Shown one piece after another: positions 13,465-26,114 of a stretch of 64,000 bases of DNA. Made by a program: the position numbers and the translations under genes. How positions within the stretch are numbered: the stretch's first letter is position 1; every line of letters starts with the position of its first letter. The notes beneath the pieces were generated by a model. It saw only the letters and a program-made list of their open reading frames with translations, made no database searches and had not been told where the DNA came from. The stretch is from NCBI GenBank assembly GCA_047495785.1, contig JBLDXI010000024.1:4712001-4776000 (forward strand), read 5' to 3'. Origin of the DNA: Lepidodermella squamata. Its lineage: Eukaryota > Animalia > Gastrotricha.

Positions 13465-13595
13465 ATTTCCTAACGTCAAACTATGAATAAAGCTCAATTT
13501 AATGAGTAATAACGAGTTTTTGCTTTTACGTGGAATTCTTAAACTTAGCGTGACCCTGTGGGGCTAGTCATTCAATTCTTATATGATATAATAAT

Positions 13596-15538
13596 ATGGC
13601 CACGTTAGCATCAGTATTATTACTACTCTGTCCACTGATCGTGAAATTCATCCAGGTTTGAAATCTCTATTGGTATTTCTCCTTGTATTCAGCAATTTAT
13701 AGGCAGAAGAAAACTTCGAAGGCTGCGTAATTCCTAACCGTGAACCAGCGACTCTTTTTACTTTGACTGACGGCGACGTTCGAAGGCTTGCCTATGGAGA
13801 TTTCGTCTCGCCGGGTAGTGAGGTTAACATGGAATGTTTATCCCCTAACATGCCAATTCTCGACGGGCCCCTTCTCAGTACATGTCTTCCAGACGGAACT
13901 CTAGACCCACCCTTGGGGAGATGCACGAGAAGAGGGACGGCCAGAACTAGACCGCCTGTAATTTCGACAACAGAAATTCCTAAAGCAACACTTGCTGTAA
14001 CTTCTCCAGAGCCAGCCATGTGTGAAGTTCCAGATCCGAGCCCAGGCCAGATCGTAACGTCAAGCGGACAGTTCATTTCTAAAGCCGGCGAGCAAGTGGC
14101 AGAAGGGACGCGGCTTTTACTGACTTGCCTCCGTTTGATCAGCGGCGGAGCGTCCGAAACCCGCTGCCATGGTAACGGCACGCTCTACCCGCCATTAGGG
14201 AAGTGCTCAGCTCCACTGACAACTCGATTGATAACCACCGCATCAGTAAAAATTACGACAGGGTCGACAACTACCCAAACTCCTAGGAGAACTACAAAGG
14301 CCGCGGCTACAATTGTTCCAGCCAAAAGAACAACCGATGTCGTCGACGTTTTGTGTATATTACCCAATGTTGAAGCGAACGCTGGTCTTTTCTACCGGTC
14401 AATGCGTCTATCCCCGGGTGACTTGATGCCGTTCGGTTTTGCTGTCTCGCTACAGTGCGCTAATGGAGTGGTCTTAGGAGCGAACTCCATTCGATGCTCG
14501 GCTTCTGGTGAATGGCAGCCCCGCCTAGGCCGATGTGTTTCGCCTACAACAACAGCTCAACCTATAATAACGACCACTGCCGGCCAGACAGCGTGTAAGG
14601 TGCCTCTGGATCCAAATTCAGGAGTGCTTTACCAGGGAAAACTACTTTTGCGGGCTAGCGAGCTAATTCCAAGTGGTTTCGAGGTGAAGCTCAAGTGTCC
14701 AGCTGGCCTCGTTGTCCTAGATGGAGCTGATTCGTCAACATGTGATTATACTGGTAAATGGATTCCTGGGTTCGGAGCCTGTCGTCCCAATGTCACAACA
14801 CCCAGCAGGCCTCCAAGCACGACCTACTCGCCAAATAAACTACGCCTCCTCTACTGTGATGAATCACCACCTGTTCCAATCAACGGGGAAATTGACGAGG
14901 GCGACTTCACAATCGGTTCGGTTCGGATGGTTTTCTGTGATCCTGGATTCGAGCTGAAAGGCTCGTTTCGAATCAACTGCCTTCCTAATGGAACGTGGTC
15001 CCAACCTGGGAAATGTGAGCGAAAAAATGAATTACTATGCCCATCTGTTCCTCAAATTGCAAACGGCCGTGCCGATGAAGGAAACGGCTCACTGGGTGAT
15101 ATTAGGCCTGTAAAATGCGACGATGGCTTTCAGGCTTCTGCCAACCAAGTTATCTGCCAAAGCAACGGTACTTGGACGCCAAGTGTGACCTGCTCTAGGA
15201 AAATTGAGAAAATCATTCTTGTTACCCCAACGAGACTTCATTCCAGAACAACTACTACCTCTGCTATCACTACCGCTACAAGAGAAAGTATCACCACTGC
15301 GAGTGTGCCCAGTAGAGTTACTTGCTTGATACCTGAGGAATCCGCACCTGGAAGTCCTATGTACCTCATGCGAGGAGCGATAGAAATCGAACCTGGAGCA
15401 TCTGTCAAACCCGGCGTTGGCATAATTATGGTATGCAGCGAGGCTGATTATTTTGTTCGCGGTGCGTTTTCTTCAACTTGTTCACCGGATGGTTCGTGGT
15501 CGCCAACTTTAGGAATTTGCCAGCTAACATCTGATTAA
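13596..15538 (+). CDS. Secreted protein with 7 sushi/CCP domains (intron about 13657-13702)
   Basis: Signal exon MATLASVLLLLCPLIVKFIQ, then seven 4-Cys CCP modules separated by Thr-rich linkers. No TM segment. Confidence 0.85.
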
Positions 15539-15779
15539 ATGGAAAGCTTATAGGGTACCGATAATCCTTCAATATTTGCGCTTCGAGGTATATTATAGCC
15601 CGCATGGTGAATTTGTTGATTGCTGATTGAATAAAAATGTATTATTCAGCTAGAGATGTCTCAAGTTGAAACTTTACACCAGTTAAATTCCCACAAAAGC
15701 TATTGACACCAAGTGTCAAAATATGTTTATTTTAGCTTATCTCGAATAACAGTGAACATCAACGTTTACCTACTGACAT

Positions 15780-16723
15780 TTAGCTAGCATTAACTGGCTT
15801 TTCTGTACTTATTTCCGCCTCATCGACAGATAGTGGCTCGCACCTCGGCGCTGTTGTCCACATACCAATGGACAAGCAAACAATTCTTGGATTTCCAGTA
15901 AGAGCATATCCATCCGTGCATTTTACATAACGAACTGAGCCGATTGTGGTCGATCCAGCCTCTGTTGAAGCGTCCAAAAGCTCGCCAAATTCGACTCGAG
16001 GTGGTGGGCTGCAGCCAGCTGTAACTCGTGTTTTCCTGAAATAAATTTTCGTTTAAGTAACAGTTGAATCAAATGGACCTATGTGGCTTATGCTATCATC
16101 GTTTTCTAGAAATTTACGGTTCTTCAGTGATCACAGGCTCGCAAGTCGGAGCAGTAGTCCATTGACCCGTAGCCAAGCATATAACTCTCGCATTTCCCCG
16201 CAGGACATATCCATCCGTGCATCTGACGTAGCGGATGGAAAGTGTGAAGGTTGATCCTGTGTCTGACGTATTATCCAAAAGCTCGCCGAATTTGACTTTC
16301 GGCGGCGGACCACAGCTATTGACGGTTGAGGCTATGGTGAATGTTGGCTCGTTTATAGTGCTTGGCTCACTCGGGGTTGTGTCTATTATTCGGCGAGGCT
16401 TTCGAGTGGCAGTTTCTCGACAAAATCCCAACTCCTCGTTCCAACGTCCTGAGTTAAGACATCTAACCTGCATTGCGTGATGAATTATAAACGTCACAGA
16501 AAAAAATTATCACCTGGAAAGCGCCATTCTCGAAAGACAAGAAATCCACGTCATTGCACTCCATCATAAGCGTTTCACCGACTTCAACGGCATCGTTAGC
16601 TAACACTGGCTGAGAGTCGATCCAAAACGTCGCATGAGCTCTGCCAGGAACTAAGCAATGTTTACTTGCCACTATCACTGCCCAGATATTGATCACAATT
16701 GCAATGCTAATCATGATTCTCAT
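15780..16723 (-). CDS. Sushi/CCP protein (3 domains), inverted paralog of the 9897-10888 gene
   Basis: VASKHCLVPGRAHATFWIDSQPVLANDAV aligns with VASKPCPVPGRASGTFWVDSKPVVANDPI. Same first-intron position and a duplicated second module. Confidence 0.8.
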
Positions 16724-17447
16724 TCTTTCGCCGCGGGAAATTGAACGGATGTAGATGGATCCTCTACTTGACGTAAACAATGGAAAACTCGAGATAAAAG
16801 TATGCCGTAAAAAACGTGTGGCGTATTCTCCTATATTTTTCCTAGTTATCACAGAGCTTCATTTCATTTTAAACAGGCATGCGTCAGAGCTCACCCACCT
16901 GATGTTAGATGTGCATTCGAATGTTTAGTAAGTATACAATTGAGAATCAGCTCCTCGATACTACTGGAAAATTAGTGCTTGCGTTGGGCGCAAATTATTA
17001 AGCCTGATCTTATCTCGGTGATATCTCTGAAGACAGAGAATCAACATAATTTGTCGCAATCCATTCGCAGGGATTTTCAGGCACCACGTTAGCAGTGGCA
17101 GTGTGAGAAAAAATTGGAAACCGCTGCGTGAAATATGAACGGCCCCAGTCAGTTTCCGCCATTCAACTATTATAATTAAAATTCTCAACTCGGTCAGTGG
17201 TTAACATACTGAGAGTTGGCTTCCTACGAATCTACGAATCTACGAATTGTGGGCTAATTTTGGAAAAATTCATAATAATATAATGCTCAATTTTTATTCT
17301 TGCTAGGGTCAGCAATACTTATTCTTCTATACAAGCAAGGATGGGCAAGTTTTCAAGCAATAAATCTGCGATTAAAGCGAATTGTTGATACATTCATTAA
17401 AGCAGTTGTCATTAAATTGATCGGATTCTGAAACAAGCCTAGAGGCT

Positions 17448-17714
17448 TCAGCCGGAGCGTGATGGCAGGCAGACGCGGGCCCAGTCAGTAATTCCGTAGC
17501 CACACCTACCACTCTGGCACTCTGAAGAGCTTGTGCAGGTAGAGTAGTCACTTTTCAGTTCACTGCTGTCGTATCCGTCATCTCCAGTCGACGCGATACA
17601 CTTCCTATCATAGTTAGTCGAATAGACGGTATAGCAAATGCCACTTTGACACTCCTCGGACCCGCTGCAGCTGCTGCCATTCGTTTGGCAGGAAAGTTTC
17701 AGATAGTTTGGATA
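17448..17714 (-). pseudogene. Terminal exon encoding two Cys-rich C-x4-EC-x-SG-x-C repeats, from a gene interrupted by the CACTA-like insertion
   Basis: An 88-aa open exon follows a TTCTAG acceptor. A 53-nt intron leads to a GTAAGG donor at 17767, five bases from the element end. AATAAA lies downstream on the minus strand near 17292. Confidence 0.65.
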
Positions 17715-18520
17715 CTAGAAGTAGATTTCTGCGTGATTTAATATGACTCCAGTGTTAAGAACCTTACCTCTACACTGTAAAAAATAGGGGGGTGATTACC
17801 CCGAATTTACTCCATTCAATTGTATGGCGCTTGGGGGGTAAAATACACACGGGGTGCATTGAAATTACTCCTCTGAGTTTTTTTCGTAAGGATTATTTAC
17901 CACAGAGAGGGTAATTATCTTTCAGCTTATCTTTCATTGCTGAGGGGTAATTACCCTGAAATTATTCCTAATTATTTCAATTAAATTGTTAGGAATTATT
18001 TTTGAATAAATATTCAAATAAATTATTTTTAATTATTCAATTAAATAATCAATTAATAAAATTAATAAGGAGGGTCCCAAGGTATCCGGATGGCATTTAA
18101 GGCCACCAGGTTACCTTAGATAACACCGAAAACCATTTCACCTGAAACACACCTAACTGATACCTGCAACCTGACTTACGCGCGATTATAAACTTTTAAA
18201 ACTTTTAAATTTTTTTTTCCAACGGTCTTGTTTTATTGGAAAAACGGTTTCTTGTTAACAACCTTTGACCGACAATAGTAGCAATGATATCAATAGCAGC
18301 AATTAGTAACAATAACAGCATATGTTATGCGTTTCATCTTTTTATAAAAAACAAGAAATATATATGACAACGCACACACTCATTTACAGTCGTGGCACAT
18401 GGCTAAAGTGGTTTTGTTTTTTATTTTATTTTGTGTATATATGTGTATTGTGTATGGGTTTTGTTTTATTTTCTGTATAAAACTGACTGACGCTCATATA
18501 AATACATAGATAGCCAAGGC

Positions 18521-19144
18521 CTAACGGCCCACAAAATTGATGAACTCTCCGAGCGGGGTACCAGCCACGCCCCACTCTCGACGATGGTCGGCGATCATGG
18601 CGGCGACTGGTGGCACGAACTGCATAGCTCGATCAGCAAAGCCGACTGCTAGTTTCAGCCAGCGGCGTTCCAGCGGCTCCACTCCAGTTAGGCGGTAGAG
18701 CTCAGATTCGTCCTGCTTGTCCAGAATAGACGAGCCGATGATCGCCCGCAAACAGTTGTTCTGCAGCACGATCAAGCGCTTTTTCTGCGCATACGACGCA
18801 TCCAACCAGGCCACACAAGAGTACTCAAGAACCGGTCTCACGATCGTCAGATACAGCAACTTCCGCGAGGCAAAGCCAAGCGGCGAACCAGGGAAGCAGA
18901 CCCGGCGAAGAGCCCCGAGTCGAGAACGCGCATCCGCCTCGATGTTGTCGAAATGCGGCTTCCACGACCCGATCGCGTCAAACGTGACACCAAGGTACTT
19001 CGCCGTAGCGACCTTCGGCAGCTTCTCGTCACCCACAAACAGCCGGTCGTCGTCGTTGACTTGTCCGCCAAACCGCAGCATTTGGCACTTCGGCGGACTA
19101 AGCGGCAACTTCCAGAGTCTGCTCCAACGAGAGACCCGCGTCAA
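18521..19144 (-). mobile_element. 5'-truncated non-LTR retrotransposon (C-terminal part of reverse transcriptase)
   Basis: KYLGVTFD..W..H and LYLTIVRPVLEYSCVAW motifs typical of Jockey/CR1/L2-group RT C-termini. GC-rich intact ORF followed by an A-rich 3' region. Confidence 0.88.
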
Positions 19145-20557
19145 AACGAGAGACTTTTAAATTTTCTTCTTTTCATTTCACAATGTAAATGAATGATTTG
19201 AGCTGGTTTTTTGCAAAGAGGCCTTTCTATGCAGCAGCGCTTACGAGCGTATCGACTGATTTGCATATGCACAGGGCTGAGTTCAGCCATTTTGTAAGAT
19301 GCAGCTGATTTGAGTTGAATGCAAGTAATTTGCAAGTCTAAGCTGTAAACTCTAACGTTGCGAAACCGAATAGCTCCACCAATTTGGAAGCCATATTGCT
19401 AATAGGGTAGAGGTGATATTATTTTGTAAAAAAGTTACTTGTCTCGACTCCAACTGGAACTTCCCAATTGTTTTGATTGACAACTTATTGCAGTTAAATT
19501 AAGTTAAATCAGTAATTTCGCCGGAAAAAGAAAACCAATAAGAAAAATAAGGTCAAGGATAAGAAAAATAAAACCACTAAGAAACGAGAAAATAGAAAAA
19601 ATCCCGGCGAAAAGGATTTTGAGATCAAAATTATAAATTATTCCCGATGTCCAACTAGCGGAATCGGTTTCTTTCGAAAAAGATGAATGGCGCATGGTTG
19701 TAAACTCGATTTAAAATTACGAATTCTATACAAAAAGCAGAATCCTCGACTGTGGGGGTGGGTGAGGATCATTCTTCGCCTGCCTTCGCCCTCTTCAAAA
19801 CCGGAAACGGTACACGACGCTCAGTCTCGAAGAGGCAAAATAAAACTATTATTATTATTATTATTAGTAATTTCATATCAATTTAAGATTTATGGAGAAG
19901 CCAGTTTTTTGTTCTCCATACATCTTTGAGAGCTGGATTCTAATGGAAGAACTGTTTTAGAGAGTTGGGAGTACCAGTCACATTGCCTGCATTAAAATTC
20001 GCTGAACATTTGCATCAAAAGGAAAATCCCAAAGGTCTTGAAAGTTGAATGTCGGCTGCGATCGAATCTGATTGGTTGTTATGCTTAAAATCCAGCCCTG
20101 ATATAACGGTTGGTATACCTTATATACCGTATTATCAGGGAGGGGCTTCGTATTTATTAAGAGACGATTTTTGCCTGGCTTAGCTGGCGGCAAAATCGAT
20201 ATCAAACTCTCTGAAAGGATCTGACTGCGCATCGTATACGCGCAGCGTTTACGAAGGTATACGGTAAATAATGACCTCAAGATTAGCGCTGTTGCTTGTC
20301 AAAAAATGAGTATTATGACGGCCCAAGTTCTATGATTGTAATCAGCAAGCATTGTAATTATGAATTAGGACGACTTAATTACTATTAGCATCATGAGAAA
20401 GTTTGGTTGCAAAATTCAGACTCAGGATGGCATGGTGCTGTGACCATTCTTGACCATGAGACATTTACAAGAATTTATCCTAAAAGTTATTTATGCATGC
20501 TAACATGTTTTGGAATAATTATAAATTAATTTTTCATAATTAAAAATCAAATAAATA

Positions 20558-21036
20558 CCGTATTTGTTCCAATAGCAGCCCGGGCTATTAGATTTTCAAC
20601 CCCCAAAAAAGTCCTAAAAAGTGGGCTACTAATAGAGATGGGCGATTATTAGAGATGGGCGATGTGTTAGATGTTACACTGTGTTACACTGGATGTTTTA
20701 TTTGGTCCGAGCCACTCAACAGACCCCTTGAAAACAAAATTCGGCCCCATTTTGTCTTTTACCAACTGCACAGCTTTTGAAGTGTCACTCAAGTTGTGCT
20801 TAAACGAGTACTCGACCACTGAAAGTTTCTCAAGAATTTATTACATTTTGTACCGCATAGGGTATACCGCACAAAAACACGCGACCGCACAGGGGTGCGC
20901 GACACCTAGCAAGCATGTGCAATAGCCCGGGCGATTGTTAGAGATGGGCGATTTGTTTGACCCTGATGCCTTCACATGGGCGACTATTAGAGATGGGCGA
21001 CTATTGGTGAATGGGCTATTATTGGAACAAATACGG
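20558..21036. mobile_element. Tc1/mariner/pogo-type MITE nested in the CACTA-like element
   Basis: TA-CCGTATTTGTTCCAATAGCAGCCC...GGGCTATTATTGGAACAAATACGG-TA, with internal TTAGAGATGGGCGA repeats. Confidence 0.8.
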
Positions 21037-22094
21037 TAAATGTTTCTTTAAAAATAAAATTAACAAATTTGCACGAGGGTGATTGCCCTTTGATTGCCAC
21101 CCAAGAAAAGAATTGCCACAGTTAATTACCACCCAAGGATATTTACCCCAATTTTACCACGGAGCGAATTACCACAAAGGAATAGGCGAGAGCATTTACC
21201 CCTCAAAAAATTGAACAAGGGTAAATACCCGGGGTAATCAACACCCTATTTTTACAGTGTAGTGTTATTTTCTGAGAGCAGATCAATTTTAGAGTATTTT
21301 TTGATAGGGCGGGTGCAGGATTGTCTTCAAGAAAATTGCAACTTTTGCTTGTAAAAAGTATATTTTTGAAAACTTGCTGTCTCAACCACTTCAGCAATTT
21401 ATGCGTTTAACGGATCACGCAATCGAATTCAGCAAAATGTTGTCTCTAAACAATATTACACGCAGTTTTTCTCTACTCTACAAAGGTTTGAGTAATTCCA
21501 GCGTGTATCTGTGAAAACCATGATTTGAAAACGTGTTGTCTTAGCCATTTCATCATTCTTTGATACACGAATTCCGCAACCTAATGATCACAATATATTG
21601 TGGTAAATTCGGTCAATTTAAGATGTTTCAGCTTTCTCAATTTTGACGCTGTAGGGATGAGAATAGGTTCAAGTTGTAGGGAAACCTCGATTTTTATTGT
21701 GTATTTTCAACTGAGAATTAATGCAGCTGTTATCTCAAAGTTCCAGGCATTCGAAATAAATATACCCAAGCGCACTACATGTTTACATTACAATTTCTAT
21801 AAACCTTATTCTTTGATCACGCAAAGATTTGTAACAAAAATGGTTAAAGCATTAGTTCATATAGAGCGTAAGCTCGCGATTTTCTCACTAGCTCCGCTTT
21901 ATGGCGAAAGCTTGAGTCCGTCAGGGCGAGGAGAACTCGTAATTCCTGATCCTGATCCTGATTAGCACAAGCTCTGATGGCGTTGAAATCCCTCGACAAG
22001 CTCACCATCTCAGCTTTCGATTTCGTGTTATTCGCCACGTTAAAATTTAATTTTGGTTCTGCAGCGATTTCAGGCATCGGACCTGTTCACTTAA

Positions 22095-22952
22095 CCCTCT
22101 AAGTCCGACTATGGGTTTTCGTCAATTGCAACTTCTCGGCGTAGGTGTGGATTGCTTATTAATTTTCGGCATAAAATTTTTATACCACGGTTGAGCCCCT
22201 TACCTGAGCTTGCAGCACCCAGGCGGGCGCGTCCGCAACGTGCGATTACGCAACACAGTAATTAGGTAAATGTCCCTCGACTCTTAAACTCGTCGAAACA
22301 CATGTGCCATTATGTGTGCACACATGATGAGGGGCAATTTTTTGTCGCTCTGATTGCCATTCGAACACACGAACGTGTTTTGGAAACCAATTAACATGCG
22401 AAAACACATACGATCTTTTAATCACTGTTTTCAAGGCCCTAAATTGAGTTGCGCAGCTGTGCTTATAAAAATGTTGTCAGCAACATCTGGTGCTTACGCA
22501 CTCTAGTGACAGCCATTTATCACTTGACAAGAAGTTATCAAGTGATTTTGTCGGCCCAATTCCGATAAATTCGATTGCCGCCGCTTCGATATAGATTTTC
22601 ATGGGCTAATAGGTCGTAGTTAGGGTGTGTGACTGTAATACCAGCCGGTTTATCAAGGTGCCACTTATTTATCAACTAACCCTGATCGATAAATCAAAGT
22701 TTTGTCAATCACCTTCATTGATCACTTGTGTTTCGACAAGCGAAAAATTCGGCTATCTATCGAATCACTTGTGTTTCGGCATGTAAAAATGGCATTTTTG
22801 GTCAAAATGAAAAAAATTGGTGAAAATATTTCAAGACTTGTGTTAACGCAAGCATTTTTTAAAGTTACAATAGTAACACACATTTTTGGCATTTTTTTGA
22901 AACTTTCCAAAACACCAAGCGACTTACACATACACCAGCCGGACTTAGAGGG
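22095..22952. mobile_element. piggyBac-type MITE
   Basis: TTAA-CCCTCTAAGTCCG...CGGACTTAGAGGG-TTAA: TTAA target duplication and CCC/GGG termini. No transposase ORF. Confidence 0.85.
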
Positions 22953-25900
22953 TTAAACACTGATTCCTTATTGTTCTACCGTTCGATTCGTCAAAATTTG
23001 GAAGAAATCTGAGCGGATGCTGGCTTCAGATAAGTGGTCGCGGGGTTGGTAACTGCGACCATATCCGTCATTCTTTACCCCCAAAAAATGAAGCGCTCTT
23101 CTTGCTGCGAGCAGCAATTATCATTATGGACTACCTTATGACCAACTTTTTGTTCACGCAATGAGTTTTGCTCAGTAGCTAAGGACTACACTGGCATCAA
23201 CCAATGCGATGAACGTTCTGCTACGTCAATGGCTGGCATGATGCTAACGTGAAAAGTAAGATCGAAAATCGCCACGATCGCAAAGCCACGTCGAACACTC
23301 GGTATCCATGACAACAAGGCACCCGAAGGCGACTTCTAGCCACCCTCTATCCGACCAGATATTCTCGAATAATTTATAAATTTCCAAATTTGTCAGAAAT
23401 TGATTTGTTAAATTTTGTTGTTGTGACTATTGTTTATCAGAGTGAAAACGCATTTTCCTTATATTTTCAAAAGGTCAACATGTCGCTTTTATGCGCAGGT
23501 AACACCAGCGCTGTGTACCTGATGATGGCGGGTAATAGCGGTTATAGCGGTTATCTCTCTTTTGTTACACATACCTTTTTTTATGTCCCCTCTCATTTTG
23601 GAGAGATGAGACCTCGTCATAATGCGCAGTATGGGCCGCATTGCTTACTGCAGATTGCTATCTCCTTGAGTTGAGGGCTCGGAAAGTTTCTATGCTTTAC
23701 CAAGAGTTTGGAGTAATGATCTGTGTTACATGTTAGATTCTAAACTCTAATTTTCATCTGCTGGGAGATAGTGCATTTAGCATTCAATGTTGACTCTGGA
23801 GACTAGATATGATTCCACACATCAAGCTTTCAATATTTTAGGAAGTTATCATAAGATGCTTTGGATTTTTCACTGCTCGAAGAAACCTGCAGTCTATGGG
23901 TCGCCAGCGTCGATTGATTGTTTGCATGCTCTCTGTCTACTCATGATTTCTCTGTCACCATTCTTTAGTGCTCTCTCGCGGGTTCACTTACTAATTAGCT
24001 TCGTCGCGATATAGTGATGTCGAGAATTCCAAGTTTCGCTTTACCCTGAAGTTGTTACTCGTTACTCTATGGTTTGTGTTTGAGAAAACTGTCCAATTTC
24101 TGATTTGCATTCTGTAGGTATGAATTCTTTTTGAAGTTGAATTATCGCTTTCTTGTTTCGCCGTCTTATTGCGATCTGAATGATAAATAGTTCAGGGAAA
24201 TCAATGGGAGTTGACAACTCAAAAATTCGTAACCTGTGCCACACTTCTGCCTTCTGCATCACTTTGTTGGCCCTGGTCATATGTTCTGCTAGTGGACGGC
24301 AATATTTGTAAATGTGTTGGTTGTTGGCACTGCTTATTAACTCTCTCCTTATTAACTCGTTCTCGACTTGCGATTCAAGCCGTGAACATTGGTGAAACAT
24401 CTTGTAAAAATCAAATCCCTATCACATTAACGTGGTCTAAATCACTCAGCATTTCAGTTGCAATGTTTACCAAGCATTTGGCCAACGTGAATGTCCGATC
24501 CACTAATCCCAGACACTGGACTTTTCCACTTGATCTGGGAACTTCGAACAGTGAGCCGTAGTTGCAAGCATGTCAGTTTATACTATCTATCGGTGCCTGG
24601 CAGATTTCGGTTCACTTAGCTGTAGCAGATAAGGACGAAGAATTGCTTTTCTTAACCTCGATATCGATCAGATAAAATGTTGTATCCATTTGCATATAAC
24701 CTGATTGTTAGAATATGCTGCATTTCAACTGTTAGAACAATGTTAGAACAACGCTCTTGTGTTTTAAACAGTCTGTTGAACAGACCTTTTCAGAGTTTGA
24801 AGCAATCAGCAACCGGGTCTCGCATCGCCTATAACGAGACAATTTTTCAGTGCTTGCAAGTTCAAGCATGAATAATTAATTGACCCATCTGTCGGCACCC
24901 ATGCTGTGCTATTCGAGGTTGTTGTCATCAACACTTCCTCTCGCCGCGTAAATAAAGATGGAAAAACTTGCGAGATTAAGTTGCGCATCGGTGCAAAGTT
25001 TACTAGCCGTTTTTTTCTCGGCTCTTTATCGGCGATATTAGCAATAAACGCATGTTTTCGGGTGTGAAGTAATCGAGCGGAAACTTGTTGTGCACTTGGC
25101 CGGCTTGATGGATAGATAGCCAGGCGCGTCTGTTATTCCATCGCCGGTTAATTAGATTGTCTGTCTGCGAAGGCTTCTTCTTCATCTTCCGCTCACAGCT
25201 TACAAACAGCCACTCAATTTACAAGTCATTTAGTATCGAATAACATTATCAACACGGATCGATGGGTTGTTTTTATTTTGAAATAGCACTTCTCGTCTTA
25301 TCATTTATTTACTCGTTCGATTTGGCGCGAGGGGCGGTAGTGATATCAGGGCTAATATGCCTGCTGGTATAGGTGGATTTTTTCGCGTTATTATTTTACG
25401 TGTAGTGCCAGCAGCGGGGCATTGTTTACGGGTAAATGCCGCCGGCTTTTTGTGAAGCGCCAAAAACACAGTAGTAATGAGAAGATGCGGCGATCTAGTG
25501 CTTGCCTCGTGTGTTTTCTGTTCCGCATTTGTCTTCGGCCGTGGCCTAATTGTAAACAGAGAACGCTGGTGATGGTGGCGCTGAGCTCAACCTACGAGGT
25601 AAAGTATAAAGTAGTACGCAATTGGCCACTAGAGCTTACTGGCTAACTAACTGCGATGCAGCATTGTTTCCAAGCAGGTCTAGCGCGCAAAAATCTCGCG
25701 CAGCCACGACATCAGCAGCCGCAGCAGGTCGTGCGCTCTCTCGGTCTTTATTGAGCGGCGGCGCGCGCGACTTTTCACAGTTCAATGGCGCGCGTGTTGT
25801 TGTTTGTTTATTAATACCTGTGTGTGGTGATGCATTTTTCAAGCCGTGCTAATTTAGCGCAATCAATGAGACAACGCCTAGCGGTAAACCGATTCGTGTC

Positions 25901-26114
25901 TTGTTATTGAGAATTACGAAAAATTATCACGTCGCATCTCCATTTTTTCGCTCACATTTCAACACCTGCAAGATTAGATCACAAAGCAAGATCAGCCCTT
26001 TAATTTTTATTAAGGTGGAATTTTTAGAATTTTTTATTTGTTCAATCTAGATGCCGGCTATTATTATTAACAATGACGAATTTAATTGAAAATTGGTGAA
26101 AAATCAACGAGAAA

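Larger units (their letters stand above)
17773..21259. mobile_element. Non-autonomous CACTA/EnSpm (CMC)-like DNA transposon carrying nested insertions
   Basis: Termini CACTGTAAAAAATAGGG...CCCTATTTTTACAGTG with TA on both sides. Many subterminal ATTACC/ATTGCC-type repeats at both ends. Confidence 0.8.

Noticed and set aside
22960-25200. Possible decayed NTPase/NLR-like gene on the minus strand (CLVIGDARPG)
   Set aside because: The Walker A motif is incomplete and no other motifs could be confirmed.
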